The translations under genes and the position numbers were made by a program. This document shows positions 1 through 12,819 of a DNA stretch of 64,000 bases, in pieces. How positions within the stretch are numbered: the first letter of the stretch is position 1; each line of letters opens with the position of its first letter. This DNA comes from Octopus vulgaris (taxonomy: Eukaryota), in NCBI GenBank assembly GCA_951406725.2, contig OX597820.1, forward strand, positions 113,088,001 to 113,152,000. Reading direction: 5' to 3'. A model generated the notes under the pieces. It was given only the letters and a program-made list of their open reading frames with translations. It had not been told where the DNA came from and searched no databases.

Positions 1-4
1 TATG

Positions 5-36
<32 letters not shown>

Positions 37-356
37 CCTACATACATATATACATACATGCATACTTATATATATATGACTGCATGAGTATGTGTGAAAG
101 TACAATTTATTCCAGAAACTTCCCATGTCACCCTGTTTATTTATACATTTTATAACATTTTCTTTGGTTTATCTAAATAAATTGTATTTAATTTCTCATC
201 ATTTCAGACTGGATAGCTTTCCATCCCACCCTTAACTGAATTGACCTCCACCTGCCACTGTGTTGGTGCATGTGTATGTGTGTGTGCACATGCGTGTATG
301 TCTGAGTGTGTGTGTGTATCTGTCTGTCTGTGTGTCTGCGTGCATGTATGTATATA

Positions 357-389
<33 letters not shown>

Positions 390-604
390 ATGCGTGTGTG
401 CGTGTGGGGAAGAGAGAGACTGCTGGATTGGTACAAGGGGAACGGTCTCTAAGGATGGTGCAGGGTGGGAAGAGGTCAAGGTAAACAGCACCTTAAAGAA
501 TGACATTATTTTACCTGTGCAGTTGGTGTTGTGTGTGGAATAGCCAGGGTGGGGGATTGTGGTTGTTGTGGTGGTGAGGGAGATGAAGTACAAAATAGGA
601 ATTC

Positions 605-643
<39 letters not shown>

Positions 644-1146
644 AGAGATCTTTCTTTTTTTAGGTACCTATCTGAACAAGGTTAAGGGAGGTGGTATGAC
701 AAGGGAAAAGCACTTCTAATGGAGGCTGTGTACTGTGACAGGTGGACAGGACAACAATATGTATATAATGTGAAGTGGGGGAGGGGCTCTAATGTTGGGG
801 GGGCATAAGTTTGCTTGCTCATCCTTTTGTGTCTTTGTCACCTGCTTCTCCCCTCACACACACACACACACACACTCTCACACACATACACATACATATA
901 CACATATGCACATGCATACACACACGCACACACAAACACACACATGCATACACTCATACATACATACATACACACATATACACCTACACACATATACACA
1001 CATACATACATTCTCCCTCTCTCTCTCTCTCTCTCTTTCTCTCTAGGTATCTGTTTTCTTTTATTTTTCCCTTGTTTCCCTCATTGAACTGTGACCATGC
1101 TGGGGTACCTTGATGGATTTAGTTAAACAAATCAGCCTTATTATGG

Positions 1147-1762
1147 GTTTCACAAGAGATGATACAGGTGGTACTTTCCCATATATTTGTACTCTGGTTG
1201 GATGACGCTTCCACGAGAGATTTTGAGCTCGCATAAGGAGGCGAGTGTAAGTTCCATCCAACCGCCTCTCAAGCTTCTTTGATAACGTCCAGGTTTCTGA
1301 GCCAAATAGTAGAGTTGGCTCGACTGTGGCTTTGAAGATTTTAAGTTTGAAATCTCTACTTAGATTTGATGACCAGATCTTATGCATATTATTACAGGCT
1401 GACCAGGCCATACCCTTTCTAGTTAGAAAATCTTTTTCAGATGATATATGTATAACCCAAGATATTTGTAATCAGAAACCATATTTAAGAGCGTATTGTT
1501 GAGAGTATGGATGATGAAATCACTGTTGGACAGGTACTTGTTTGCTGGACATTGTTGTAGAAAACGAGGTAATTTCTACTCTTCTCCTCTGGAAACCATC
1601 TGCTCGCGATACCAAAGGGCGCATACTCTCTTACCCTGTTGTAATCTCCAGGGATACAGGCATCCAGCAACAGGACCTCCGTAATGCTATGATGGACCGT
1701 GAAGTCTGGCGTAACATAGTAAATTCCATTGTCTCGACCACAATCGAACAATGATGATGATG
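1147..1762. mobile_element. 5'-truncated, 5'-inverted RTE-clade LINE (1147-1540 inverted, 1540-1762 forward, (TGA)n tail), inserted into a CORE-type SINE
   Basis: Minus strand reads ...VSDYKYLG...MAWSACNNMHKIW...LLFGSETWTL...VSSLVK. Plus strand continues FAGHC...MMDREVWRNIV*, then tgatgatgat. ATTATGG is duplicated at 1140-1146 and 1763-1769. Confidence 0.85.
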
Positions 1763-2076
1763 ATTATGGATTTAAGTACAGTACTTATTCTATCAGTCTC
1801 TTTAGCCAAGCATTAAGTTACAGGGATATAAATAAAAAACACATTGGTCAAGCAGTGATGGTGGGCACAAATACAAACTCAGACACAACTCGCTCGAGTA
1901 TTTACCACTTCCAAGCTTCTGCTCACTGTGAAACATATGTAACCTGGATATCATCTTCTCCATTCCTTAACTGTTGTATACACACACACACACATATATA
2001 TATATATTTACTTGGAAATGGATGTGTGACGTTCAATCAAATAATAAGAAAAATAATATATATATGCATATATATA

Positions 2077-2112
<36 letters not shown>

Positions 2113-2729
2113 TGTATGTATCTATATCTATATATATATCTATATATATATGTATATATATACATATGTATATATGGGTACAGGGGTACAGGACGTCACC
2201 AACAGTAAACAACATGAAATATGAAAACAAATGAGTTCAATATGCAAACAAGAGAAACAAATGGAAAACAGAACAAGTAACATAAAGAACGACCCTTCAT
2301 CACTTGTCGGATGTCTTTCTACTCCTCATTTCGAGTATTGAACGACAATATGAGTCTTCGAAGACAGTTGCTCCCATAAGTACCAAAATAAAATTTGGGA
2401 TTTATGGAGGGTCAAAGTTGGGAACAAAAAGCAGGACAGTGGAGACATACAAGGAAACCAAACGAAAACAAACATGGAGGGTCATTAGAACACTGGAGAA
2501 ATATTTTCTTTGACAAGAGAAATGATAGAAGAGACAGATAGGATACATCCAGCCCTTGCAACAGTCCTGAAAGAAACGAAAGATGATCACGAGAGGAAAA
2601 GAAAGATGGACGATGGTCACGTGTGAGCAACGAGAGAGAGAATAGGAGAAAGAGGGGGAGAGAGAGACAGATAGAAAATTGTGAAAGGCAGAAAAAACGG
2701 AATTAGAAAAAGTTAGGATTAGAGGAGAG

Positions 2730-3138
2730 GCTTGATAGAGCTATACAAGCTTGTACAGTGGTGTTGTCTGTAAGGTGGGAGTTGGCCATAAATACAGTAA
2801 TGAATTTAGCATACAGGTAGGGGTTCACCAAGGCTCGCTTCTCAGCCCACTCTTATTCATTATAGTCCACCAAGCCATAACAGAGGAATTCAAAACTGGA
2901 TGCTTGTGGGAACTGTTATATGCCGATGACCTTGCTCTTAAGAAATTCCAGGTATGGAAACAAAACCTGGTATCAAAGGGCCTTAAAGTTAACCTAGCAA
3001 AGACCAAAGTTGTTGTTAGTAAGAAAGAAGGTAAAACTAATTTTCCATCAGATAAATGGCCCTGATCAGTATGTAGGAAAAGAGTTGGAAGAAATTCCAT
3101 TTTCTGCACCCAGTGTAAACTATGAACACATAACAGGT
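2730..3138 (+). mobile_element. RTE LINE reverse transcriptase fragment
   Basis: ORF 2751-3065 contains GVHQGSLLSPLLF and LLYADDL, followed by GLKVNLAKTKV and a decayed Cys motif. Confidence 0.85.
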
Positions 3139-3140
3139 GC

Positions 3141-3793
3141 CCTGTCCGTGTGAGCTAACAATCGTACTGACTTTCATGGGAAACATGTATTTTTGTGGTT
3201 GAAACCTTTTGGATTAACTGGTGCTAGAGTGAGCCATATAGTGACCACTCTCTTATATTTATTTTGTAAAAATATTATAATATATTATAAAATATTATAA
3301 TAATCCAGGTTTCTCGGAGCACTAGGCCACTTGGTGTTGAATGGATATACTATTAAATTAGTATCTAATTCTCTCACCCTTATTAATTAATTATAATTAT
3401 GCTGCATTTATTTCTAAATGCTGTATTTGTTTTCCGTGAAAGTTTGGCGCGCTGTTAGTTGGGGCATTTGAATTATAACGTCGGATGTAATCAATTGAAC
3501 CACACGCGTATTTATCGTTATGGTAAAATCTGGCGTGTGATTGAGTGGATTTCATCCAGATAGTTTTGGCTGACGAGCTACAAGTGGATTTTTTTGTAAG
3601 TAAAATTACATTTAATTCATTAATAGCGAAACAATTGTCCCAAAATAATCTGTATTTTTGTTATTTTTTATTTGTCCTGTCCGTGTGAGCTAACAATCGT
3701 ACTGACTTTCATGGGAAACATGTATTTTTGTGGTAGAAACCTTTTGGATTAACTGGTGCTAGAGTGAGCCATATAGTGACCACTCTCTTATAT

Positions 3794-3800
<7 letters not shown>
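3141..3800 (+). mobile_element. PLE pseudo-LTR-like unit with ~125-bp direct terminal repeats
   Basis: 3141-3264 is almost identical to 3676-3800. The unit contains a hammerhead motif and abuts (TA)n. Confidence 0.65.
3557..3652 (+). ncRNA. Type I hammerhead ribozyme (PLE-type)
   Basis: cagatagTTTTGG-CTGACGA-GCTA..(long loop)..TAGC-GAAA-CAATTG-TC-CCAAAAtaatctg. Stem I, core, stem II, a palindromic stem III and a GUC site are all present. Confidence 0.75.
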
Positions 3801-3843
<43 letters not shown>

Positions 3844-3930
3844 TAGAGTAGGTACATAAATATGAAAGAAGGTGGAAAAAATAGTACTCGAATACCAGAG
3901 GTAGAGTTATATGCCTTATTAAAAAGCAGC

Positions 3931-4042
3931 AAAAATATCACAAAAACTGTTACTCAGAGTTTCCTGTTCATCGGACAGTTTTGTTAAGATTCTTAAAAAA
4001 CGGGAACATGAAACTCTGAGTAACAATTTTTGTGATATTTTT
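3931..4042. repeat. Inverted repeat of PLE pLTR sequence with a degenerate HHR (minus strand 3943-3982)
   Basis: 3931-3969 is the reverse complement of ~4004-4042. Minus strand reads AAAACTGT-CCGATGA-acag-GAAA-CTCTGAG-TA-ACAGTTTT. Confidence 0.6.
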
Positions 4043-4105
4043 GATAAAGTATATATATGTATATACATATACATATATATATATATGTGTGTGTGTGTGT
4101 GTAGG

Positions 4106-4165
<60 letters not shown>

Positions 4166-4189
4166 TAAACATGCATACGTATATATATA

Positions 4190-4229
<40 letters not shown>

Positions 4230-5260
4230 AAATGGGACAAGAACGCAAAACATCCAGATAGACGATACAAAAAACACCTTTAATCTTCAGTCAAGAACCG
4301 GATCATCCTCGCAATTTCGGCTGATTAATCTTAAGATTACTCCAATCTGACCAGCCCCAAGGAAAATCTAAGCTAAGAACATTAGATTCCTTGGAAAAAG
4401 GATCGAATGTATACGAAACAAGGACGGAAAAACAGACGATGTTACACGAATATAAATACAAAAATAATACAAAAAAGCAATAATAATAATAATAACAGGA
4501 CATAACAACAGGCGTCTTTCGACTGGAGACGAACTGAATTCAGCTGGCGTGTTGGGAATTAAGCCTTACGGCAGAGGAAAAAGTCGATGTGAACGTGACC
4601 GTGGTCCGACGCAAAAAGGCTAGCAGTCGGCCAACGGTCATGTTCCAGCCTTTAGACCTTCACTTCATACACGCCAGCTCAATTTGATTCGTTCTCAGTC
4701 GAAAGATACCCATTGTTATTTCTTGTTGTTTTTATTCGTAATTGTGTACCATGTTCTCCGTTTCTTGTTTGTTTGTTTTTTGTTTTTTGTCTTTGTTGCC
4801 GTACACATTCGCTAGCCTTCTTATAAAGGGGTTTAATGCTCTTAGCTTAGACTTTTTGTGGGGCAACCAGATCGAGCCATCTCAAGTGTAACTGCCCAAA
4901 ATGGTCATGACTTCTGATCCTTGACTAAGGAAAGAAAGCCACTAATGACCCGTCATTTTTTTGCCTGCCCTTCTAATTGTTGTTTCTCTTGTCCACCTTT
5001 GTATCATCTATTTGTCCGAGTGTTCTCGAATCCACAAGTGTAAGCAAGAGTGACAGAAGCAGGCAGAAACAAGGAAATTGCCACTTGTATTTGAATACTA
5101 TGCAAATATTCTTTTTAAAAACTTTTCTTTTAATTTTTCCAAAATTTAATTGTATTCCATACTTACAATTGAAAACGTCTCAATGACTGAAACCGGTACT
5201 GAAATGCATTTTATAAAATCATTTTAGCATTTTCTACCTTGACTTTTTTTTCCATATATA

Positions 5261-6026
<766 letters not shown>

Positions 6027-6125
6027 TACATATATATATGTATGTGTGTGTGTGTGTGTGTGTGTATAGGCTCATAGAGAAGACAAGACATATTGTGTTC
6101 ATAACAATCCCTCTTTTCATAATGA

Positions 6126-6156
<31 letters not shown>

Positions 6157-6309
6157 TCGCCCCCACTTTCTAGGCTTCACTCTCAGCTTCAATTCTAGTC
6201 ATACATGTTCCGTATACTCAAACAACTTTCATTCAATTAACAAACGCATTGACACAAACATACCTGTGCATGTACTCACATGTACTAATCCTGATTCAGG
6301 GATACATAG

Positions 6310-6381
<72 letters not shown>

Positions 6382-6619
6382 ACACACACACACACGTACT
6401 CACACACAAAACATTTGATAAAACAGTGTCTAAGCTGATGTCCATTGAGTTAGTGGTGCAAATGAAAAACGTTATGAAGATAAGTATCAGGCTAGAAATG
6501 AAGTAACAGTTGTATCGATGGGATCCGCTACAACCCCTTATTGTGATGTGTCAGCATAGTTGTGGCCCAGAAACTGCAAAAGGTAAAAGAATGCAGTAAA
6601 TCAGTCGAACCCATTAAGT

Positions 6620-7018
6620 GTTAAGGTGATGTTGTTTCAGTTGCTGTTGAGCGAACGGTCTTCGTCCCAGAGCTCGCAAGACGGGAGGAGTCCAAAACGT
6701 GGTCCTTTGCTAGTCGTAAGACCCACAGAAGAGAAAGCAGGTCAACCTCCAACACCGAGAGCATCGACGGATGGATGAATGCGCATCCAGGCTCAGCGGT
6801 TGCGTAGGAAGTCGGGAACAAGAAATAGGAAGAAAGAGTGAGAGAAATTTGGGGCGAAAGAGTACAACAGGGGTCGCCACCACCCCCTACCGGAGTCACG
6901 TGGAGCTTTTTAGGTGTTTTCGCTCAATAAACACACGCAACGCCCAGTCTGGGAATCGATATCACGATCCTCCGACTGCGAGTCCGCTGCCCTAACCACT
7001 GGGCCATTGCGCCTCCAC
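6620..7018 (-). mobile_element. tRNA-derived SINE (shared head, body type A)
   Basis: Minus head gtggaggcgcaatggcccagtggttagggcagcggactcgc...tcgattcccagactgggcg has A-box and B-box-like motifs. The same head occurs in the copies at 16226-16609, 24678-24999 and 35088-35397. Confidence 0.8.
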
Positions 7019-8544
7019 TGCTGTTGCTGCTGCTGCTGCTGCTAATGATGATTATGATGATGATGATGATGATGATGATGACGACGACGACGACGACGAC
7101 GATCATGATCATGATGATGAATATATAATAATTGTTTCAAATTTTGACATGAGCCTTGCAATTTTGGGGAGGTTGGGTACTAGTCAATTACATCAACCCC
7201 CAATTTTTGAGTGGTACTTACTTGATCGACACTGAAAGGACAAAACACAAAGGTGACCTCAGCAGAATTCAAACACAGAATGTCTGTCTATAACAAGGGA
7301 AGTGTTTGTTTTTGGTGCTAGATTGCCAGTTGTACATGTGACACCAATATATGATAAAGTATAGAGTTGATAACTACCATGTGGGCAGACAAATACACAT
7401 CTACATGTTACAACAATACATGATATAGTACAATGTTGACAACCACTATGTTTGCAGTGAAATTTGTATGTTAATTACTGTTGTATTTGGATGACTCACC
7501 TAAATCTTAATTACAATACTGCCCTTCTCTGCCCTATTCTAGTACTGGGTATACGAGTATGGTTGTGTGATGTGAATGTATTTAGTGTGTTTTTTGTGTG
7601 GGTGTTAATTTTAGTTTTAGTCTATTGGTTTTCAGTTGAAACAGGTTTTAGTTTTTATGTTTTCTCTTTTTATTTTTAACTTGATCTCGGTATTGGTATC
7701 ATGTATTTTATTTGATTATCTTCTATGAAACTCTTTTATCAGTTTTATAATAAGAATTTATGAGATTTTTCATTACAGACTATATGTCTGTCGATGTGGG
7801 ATGTTCTGTTTATTCCCTGATTGAATTCATAGACAGCTGTATCTACCAATTTGTTTGTAGATCCATTATTGATTGATAGCCAAGTGAACACCATACCACA
7901 TTCTGTTACAGTTTCAGAGGAGGGGACATTAAATAAACTCTTTCTAATAGATATTTAAGAATGGATATATTGCACTTCATAATGATTCATACACCTCTGA
8001 GCTATCATTCATACTATGCCTCATTTCTCAAATCTCTGCTTTAAATACCTTTTTTTTTATTTTTGCAAGTCCTTCCTTTCTAGAATTGCAACCCTCAGAA
8101 ACTTTCTTTAAACCCACATTTTCCCTGCAAGCATCAATCCACAGAAATTCAGGGTGATCATCTCCAACCACATCGACTTCTGGGAGGACTTTTTAAGGGC
8201 AATACACTCAACCATGACCCTTTTTCCTAGACTAAATAATAAACAAGACATGATGTCATAAGGCAGTGCCAAAATTCAGCAGGTATTTGAAGATAAAAAG
8301 GTCCACAAAAAAATCAGGCAAGAATTCCTGAAAATGATCCTATTACTGCAGAGATATTGTACTATTTAATGAATATAGTGGAAACCAAACACTGAAAGTT
8401 AGAAAAACTGATGGACAGTAATTGAACTTTAATTAGAAATAGGTATTTAATACTAGATGAATCCCAGAGTAGCAATTTCAGGTCTCCATCATCATCATCA
8501 TCATAATCATCATCATAGGTACCATTACTACCATCTACATCACT

Positions 8545-8957
8545 GGCTGTGTGGTAAGTAGCTTGCTAACCAACCACATGGTTCCGGGTTCAGTCCCACT
8601 GTGTGGCATCTTGGGCAAGTGTCTTCTGCTATAGCCCCGGGCCGACCAATGCCTTGTGAGTGGATTTGGTAGACGGAAACTGAAAGAAGCCTGTCGTATA
8701 TATGTATATATATATATATGTATGTGTGTGTATGTGTTTGTGTGTCTGTGTTTGTCCCCCTAGCATTGCTTGACAACCGATGCTGGCTGGTATATTTACG
8801 TCCCCGTCACTTAGCGGTTCGGCAAAAGAGACCGATAGAATAAGTACTGGGCTTACAAAGAATAAGTCCCGGGGTCGATTTGCTCGACTAAAGGCGGTGC
8901 TCCAGCATGGCCGCAGTCATATGACTGAAACAAGTAAAAGAGTAAAGAGTAAAAGAG

Positions 8958-8958
<1 letters not shown>
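8545..8958 (+). mobile_element. tRNA-derived CORE-like SINE, near full length; other copies or fragments at ~19290-19725, 58893-59305, 16735-16890, 28260-28400(-), 40480-40690, 60750-60975, 52200-52300(-)
   Basis: ggctgtgtggtaag...ggttcagtccc...gtggcatcttgggcaagtgtcttc core, internal (TA/TG)n and gtaaaaga tandem tail. Repeated many times in the window. Confidence 0.8.
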
Positions 8959-8998
<40 letters not shown>

Positions 8999-9256
8999 AT
9001 TTCTATATTTACATATTTTTTCTCTTTTAATTGTTTCAGTCATTAGACTGCGGCCATGCTGGAGCACTGCCTTGAAGAATTTTAATCAAAACTTATTGGC
9101 CCCATTACTTATTATTTTTTGTAAGTGTGCTACTTATTCTCTCAGTTTCTTTTGCCAAAGCACTCGGTTATGGGGATGTAAACACATCAACACTTTGTCA
9201 ATTGGTGGTGGGGGGACAAACACAGAAACACACACACACACACACATAAAGAAGTG

Positions 9257-9297
<41 letters not shown>

Positions 9298-9791
9298 CAT
9301 CATCATTCTCATCATCATCATCATCATTACCATTTAACATCTGCTCTTCATGGAGCTGGTTAGCAGGGTGCTGTCCAGACTCCAACTGCCTGTTTAGGCA
9401 TGGTTTCTATGGCTGGATGCCCTTCCTAACGTGATAGATAGATGGATAGATAGATAGATAGATTGATAGCTACATATATACATATACACACACATACATA
9501 CATACATGCAGACAGACAGACAGACGTACGTACATAGAAGTAGATTTGGTGATCTAAAAGCTGAGTTATTTCTTGTAACAAATATATTTTTATTACTAAT
9601 TACCGAAAATCTTCCCGTTGGGAAGCAGATTTCAAAGATCAAATCCATTTTTCTCAAGGACACGTCATTTTGGAGCCTTTACATGATATACATATATACA
9701 TACACACATACACTCTCATTTATATACTAGATATATATATATACATATACTTATAGAATGTGTGTTGTGTGTGTATATAAATATAACTGTG

Positions 9792-9848
<57 letters not shown>

Positions 9849-10275
9849 AGTGAATTGAAGAAATGGAGTTGAACGAAGATTGAACAGAAATCGTTTTATT
9901 GCATTCTACACGTGTTTAATCTGCAACAAGATTATTCATCTTTCTATTTCACCAAATATACATATATATATATATATCTATACAATATGTTACATTACTC
10001 GGTAGTCAAGATAAAACTCTGAGTTTCAGATGCCGAAGTGGAAATCCACAACACCATCTCTTCGGTTATCTGGCTATTTGAAAACGTTATGAAAAAATAC
10101 CGTTAAAAAAGAAGGGAAATTACTCTGTTATAACTCTGCTTTGCCTGCGTACTTATACATCGCTCGCATTTTTCGTCATAAAAATTATATAAAAATACAT
10201 AAAAATATATAAAAATATATAAAAATATATAAAAATATATAAAATCTTCTTGGGACATAACACAGAAAGCATGTT

Positions 10276-12402
10276 CTATCCGTTTTCTTTAGGGGACCAA
10301 AAACGTAACAGAAATTTAGTCACATGTGGGCATGATCCGAAAAGTTCTGTCCTTGTATTTAGACATGTGGTAGGGTCTAAGCTGCTTTTCCAGATAAGCC
10401 ATCTCTCCATGTCGCATAAACCGCACCTTCCGCTGCCGTTAGTATAGGGCTTACATCTGGCCAAAATCTTCCATTGTATGTTATAATCGACACCTTTATC
10501 TCTTAAAGACCAAATATGATTGGATAATTGTGTCGCTTTTCTTTTGTTCCAGTGCCTAAAGCTCAAAGTGTGGTTATTGAACCTGGCCTTGAAATTACCC
10601 TCTGTCAGGCCCACGTATTTCTTCGTCAAAACGGTGTCTTTAGTGGTTATAGAGTTTACGGTAGCTTCATATATGATGGTCTTGGACATGCAAGCTCCAT
10701 TTAGCGGGCACAATTCTTTATTCCTGCATGAACAGCTGTTTTCTTCTTGTGTTTTTTGTATGTTATGATTGATTATGTTTTTAAAATTGGTAGTTGAACT
10801 AAAACTAATTTTTAAATTGTGTCTATTGAAGAGTTTCCTATAAGCATGGTTAACTGGAAAATGTCTATCTATCAGTGCTAGGAAATATTTACCTATATTG
10901 AAGGCCACCTCGGGTGAGTAAGGGGGCGTAAACCAGATGACCTTCCTATTTCTATTATTCCTTTTCCTTATTGTTGGGCTGGTGATAGGTGTATATTTTA
11001 TTTTTTCGCTAAAACCACTATCTTTTAAAGCTTTATTATAAACTGGGGCAACGCTATTGAAGATGTCCTCATTAGATGAGAGGCTAGAAATCCTCTTACT
11101 AATATTTTTAACTAAATTTTTGAATACTATAGGGGGATGGCATGAACCTACATTAATATAACTTAGTCTATCATTGGGCTTCCTATAAGGCTTATAAATA
11201 TTATTATTAAGATCTAAGGAAACGTCTAAGAAATTGACAACCGTCAGGTTAGTGTCTATAGTTATACTAAGTCCGAAGTGTTTCATTAACTGGATAATAT
11301 CCTTCCTAAAACGATCTTGTGCTGGTCCATTTGTATTAGCTGTTAAGGCGAGGGCATCATCTTTGTAGATGGCGAAATGTACGTTAGGGAATGTCTTACT
11401 GAAGGTATCTAGGAGAAAGAGTCCAATTAGATCACAGATGCCTGCCCCATCATATGAACCCATGCTCACATCGAAAGCGCCCTCCGTGTCGGTGTTTTTT
11501 ACCCACTTTGCATTCTCACTGAAAAGTAATGTCTTTCTAGCATGGAAGATTATATCCTTATCATTGGTACTAATTTCTATGAAGTCACTAGCGAAGATTA
11601 GGGCTTTATCTAGCAGTTCTTTAGAGATAGAGGCATAAAAATCAACAATATCGAATTGTGTAAACCTCGCTTTTTTCTTATTCTTAATAGCTTTAAACCA
11701 GTCTACGACTTCTATACTATTGGACCATTGCACTAGCCTAGTATCGGTCTTAATTTTCGTATTTATTTTATCTAAAATTTCTTTGCTAATAATCCCTAGT
11801 TCTGACTTGGCTGGGTTGATAAGCCTACATTTAGGATTGGAAAGGAAGTTTTCTTTGTGGTCTTTAATAGTAATAAAGGCCTCTTTTTGGGGGAGGGTTT
11901 CTATTTTTTTATCTAATTTAAGTTTAGCGGCGATGACGCTAGCTTCTTTATTAATTTCGTTATATGTCTGTGCCCTAGCCTTAGTATAATTATTAATGAT
12001 GCTGTTGTGTAAGAGTTGTGTGTATTTGCTGTTATCTACCAGGTATAAGTTCTTGGTTTTATCCGAAAAAAGTGCTTTTTTCTTGGAGCTTTTTATATGA
12101 TCAATATCTTTTTTCAATTTATGTTGGAAATTGTTAAAAGACTTACGAAACTTTATTTTGCTCATGATCTTCAGCAGGTCCGCTTCGAAATCTTCCAAGC
12201 CTTTAATCCTAGGAGGGAATTTTTTGGATTTTATCCGATAGCAAATGTTTTCCTTGGTGTTCGCTTCTGTGTCATAAAAGAAAGCCTTCCATCTCATACG
12301 CTTAATTACATCAGTAATTTTTTGCAGAAGTTTCTTAGAGTAAAAATCCTTTGATGGGATCGGTATATTTTTCATAGAATAATCTATGTGATATGCGTCC
12401 AT
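10276..12402 (-). CDS. PLE polyprotein: reverse transcriptase + Cys-rich linker + GIY-YIG endonuclease (708 aa)
   Basis: YSMKNIPIP N-terminus, SDKT motif, KDHKENF..PKCRLINP, QFDIVDFYASI, SMGSYDGA, YKDD, VNFLDVSLDL, CSCRNKELCPLNGAC linker, IIY...YVGLT..FKARFNNH, CGLC..E, CPH. No internal stops. Confidence 0.92.
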   Translation of the reverse strand: MDAYHIDYSMKNIPIPSKDFYSKKLLQKITDVIKRMRWKAFFYDTEANTKENICYRIKSKKFPPRIKGLEDFEADLLKIMSKIKFRKSFNNFQHKLKKDIDHIKSSKKKALFSDKTKNLYLVDNSKYTQLLHNSIINNYTKARAQTYNEINKEASVIAAKLKLDKKIETLPQKEAFITIKDHKENFLSNPKCRLINPAKSELGIISKEILDKINTKIKTDTRLVQWSNSIEVVDWFKAIKNKKKARFTQFDIVDFYASISKELLDKALIFASDFIEISTNDKDIIFHARKTLLFSENAKWVKNTDTEGAFDVSMGSYDGAGICDLIGLFLLDTFSKTFPNVHFAIYKDDALALTANTNGPAQDRFRKDIIQLMKHFGLSITIDTNLTVVNFLDVSLDLNNNIYKPYRKPNDRLSYINVGSCHPPIVFKNLVKNISKRISSLSSNEDIFNSVAPVYNKALKDSGFSEKIKYTPITSPTIRKRNNRNRKVIWFTPPYSPEVAFNIGKYFLALIDRHFPVNHAYRKLFNRHNLKISFSSTTNFKNIINHNIQKTQEENSCSCRNKELCPLNGACMSKTIIYEATVNSITTKDTVLTKKYVGLTEGNFKARFNNHTLSFRHWNKRKATQLSNHIWSLRDKGVDYNIQWKILARCKPYTNGSGRCGLCDMERWLIWKSSLDPTTCLNTRTELFGSCPHVTKFLLRFWSPKENG

Positions 12403-12488
12403 ATTAGATTCTTTTGTTTGTGAGAGTCCTCAACCGATGTTAGGCGATAATCCCAAAAAGAACGGTATTTTTTCATAACGTTTTCAAA

Positions 12489-12562
12489 TAGCCAGATAAC
12501 CGAAGAGATGGTGTTGTGGATTTCCACTTCGGCATCTGAAACTCAGAGTTTTATCTTGACTA
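12489..12562 (+). ncRNA. HHR-like motif in the pLTR, with variant core CCGAAGA (mirror copy on the minus strand ~10003-10076)
   Basis: tagccAGATAA-CCGAAGA-GATG..CATC-t-GAAA-CTCaGAG-TT-TTATCTtgacta. Confidence 0.6.
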
Positions 12563-12696
12563 CCGAGTAATGTAACATATTGTATAGATAAATTTCCTCT
12601 ATTTACATAATATTGAGGTCTCTTTCTTTCTTTTGTTATCTTACCGTTTTATCAATATATATATATATATATATAAATATATGTGTGTGTGTCTAT

Positions 12697-12777
<81 letters not shown>

Positions 12778-12819
12778 AATATATAATTATCTAATTCTGA
12801 TGAGCATAAAGTTATATAA

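Larger units (their letters stand above)
9975..12655 (-). mobile_element. Penelope-like retroelement (Naiad-type) with inverted pseudo-LTRs, inserted in (TA)n
   Basis: Intact RT-GIY-YIG ORF. 9975-10104 is the reverse complement of 12461-12590. (TA)n flanks both sides. Confidence 0.9.

Noticed and set aside
6930-7018. tRNA-like sequences (also near 16520-16609, 24678-24760, 35310-35397)
   Set aside because: They are SINE heads attached to SINE bodies, two with clear TSDs, and are not standalone tRNA genes.
7700-8450. Possible PLE GIY-YIG relic on the minus strand
   Set aside because: Too decayed; no motif could be read with confidence.
10110-10275. Possible SECIS in the Naiad 3' UTR (minus ATGAcgaaaaatgcg...cgca...GA)
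   Set aside because: Spacing and the apical AA do not fit a canonical SECIS, and the ORF has no in-frame UGA.
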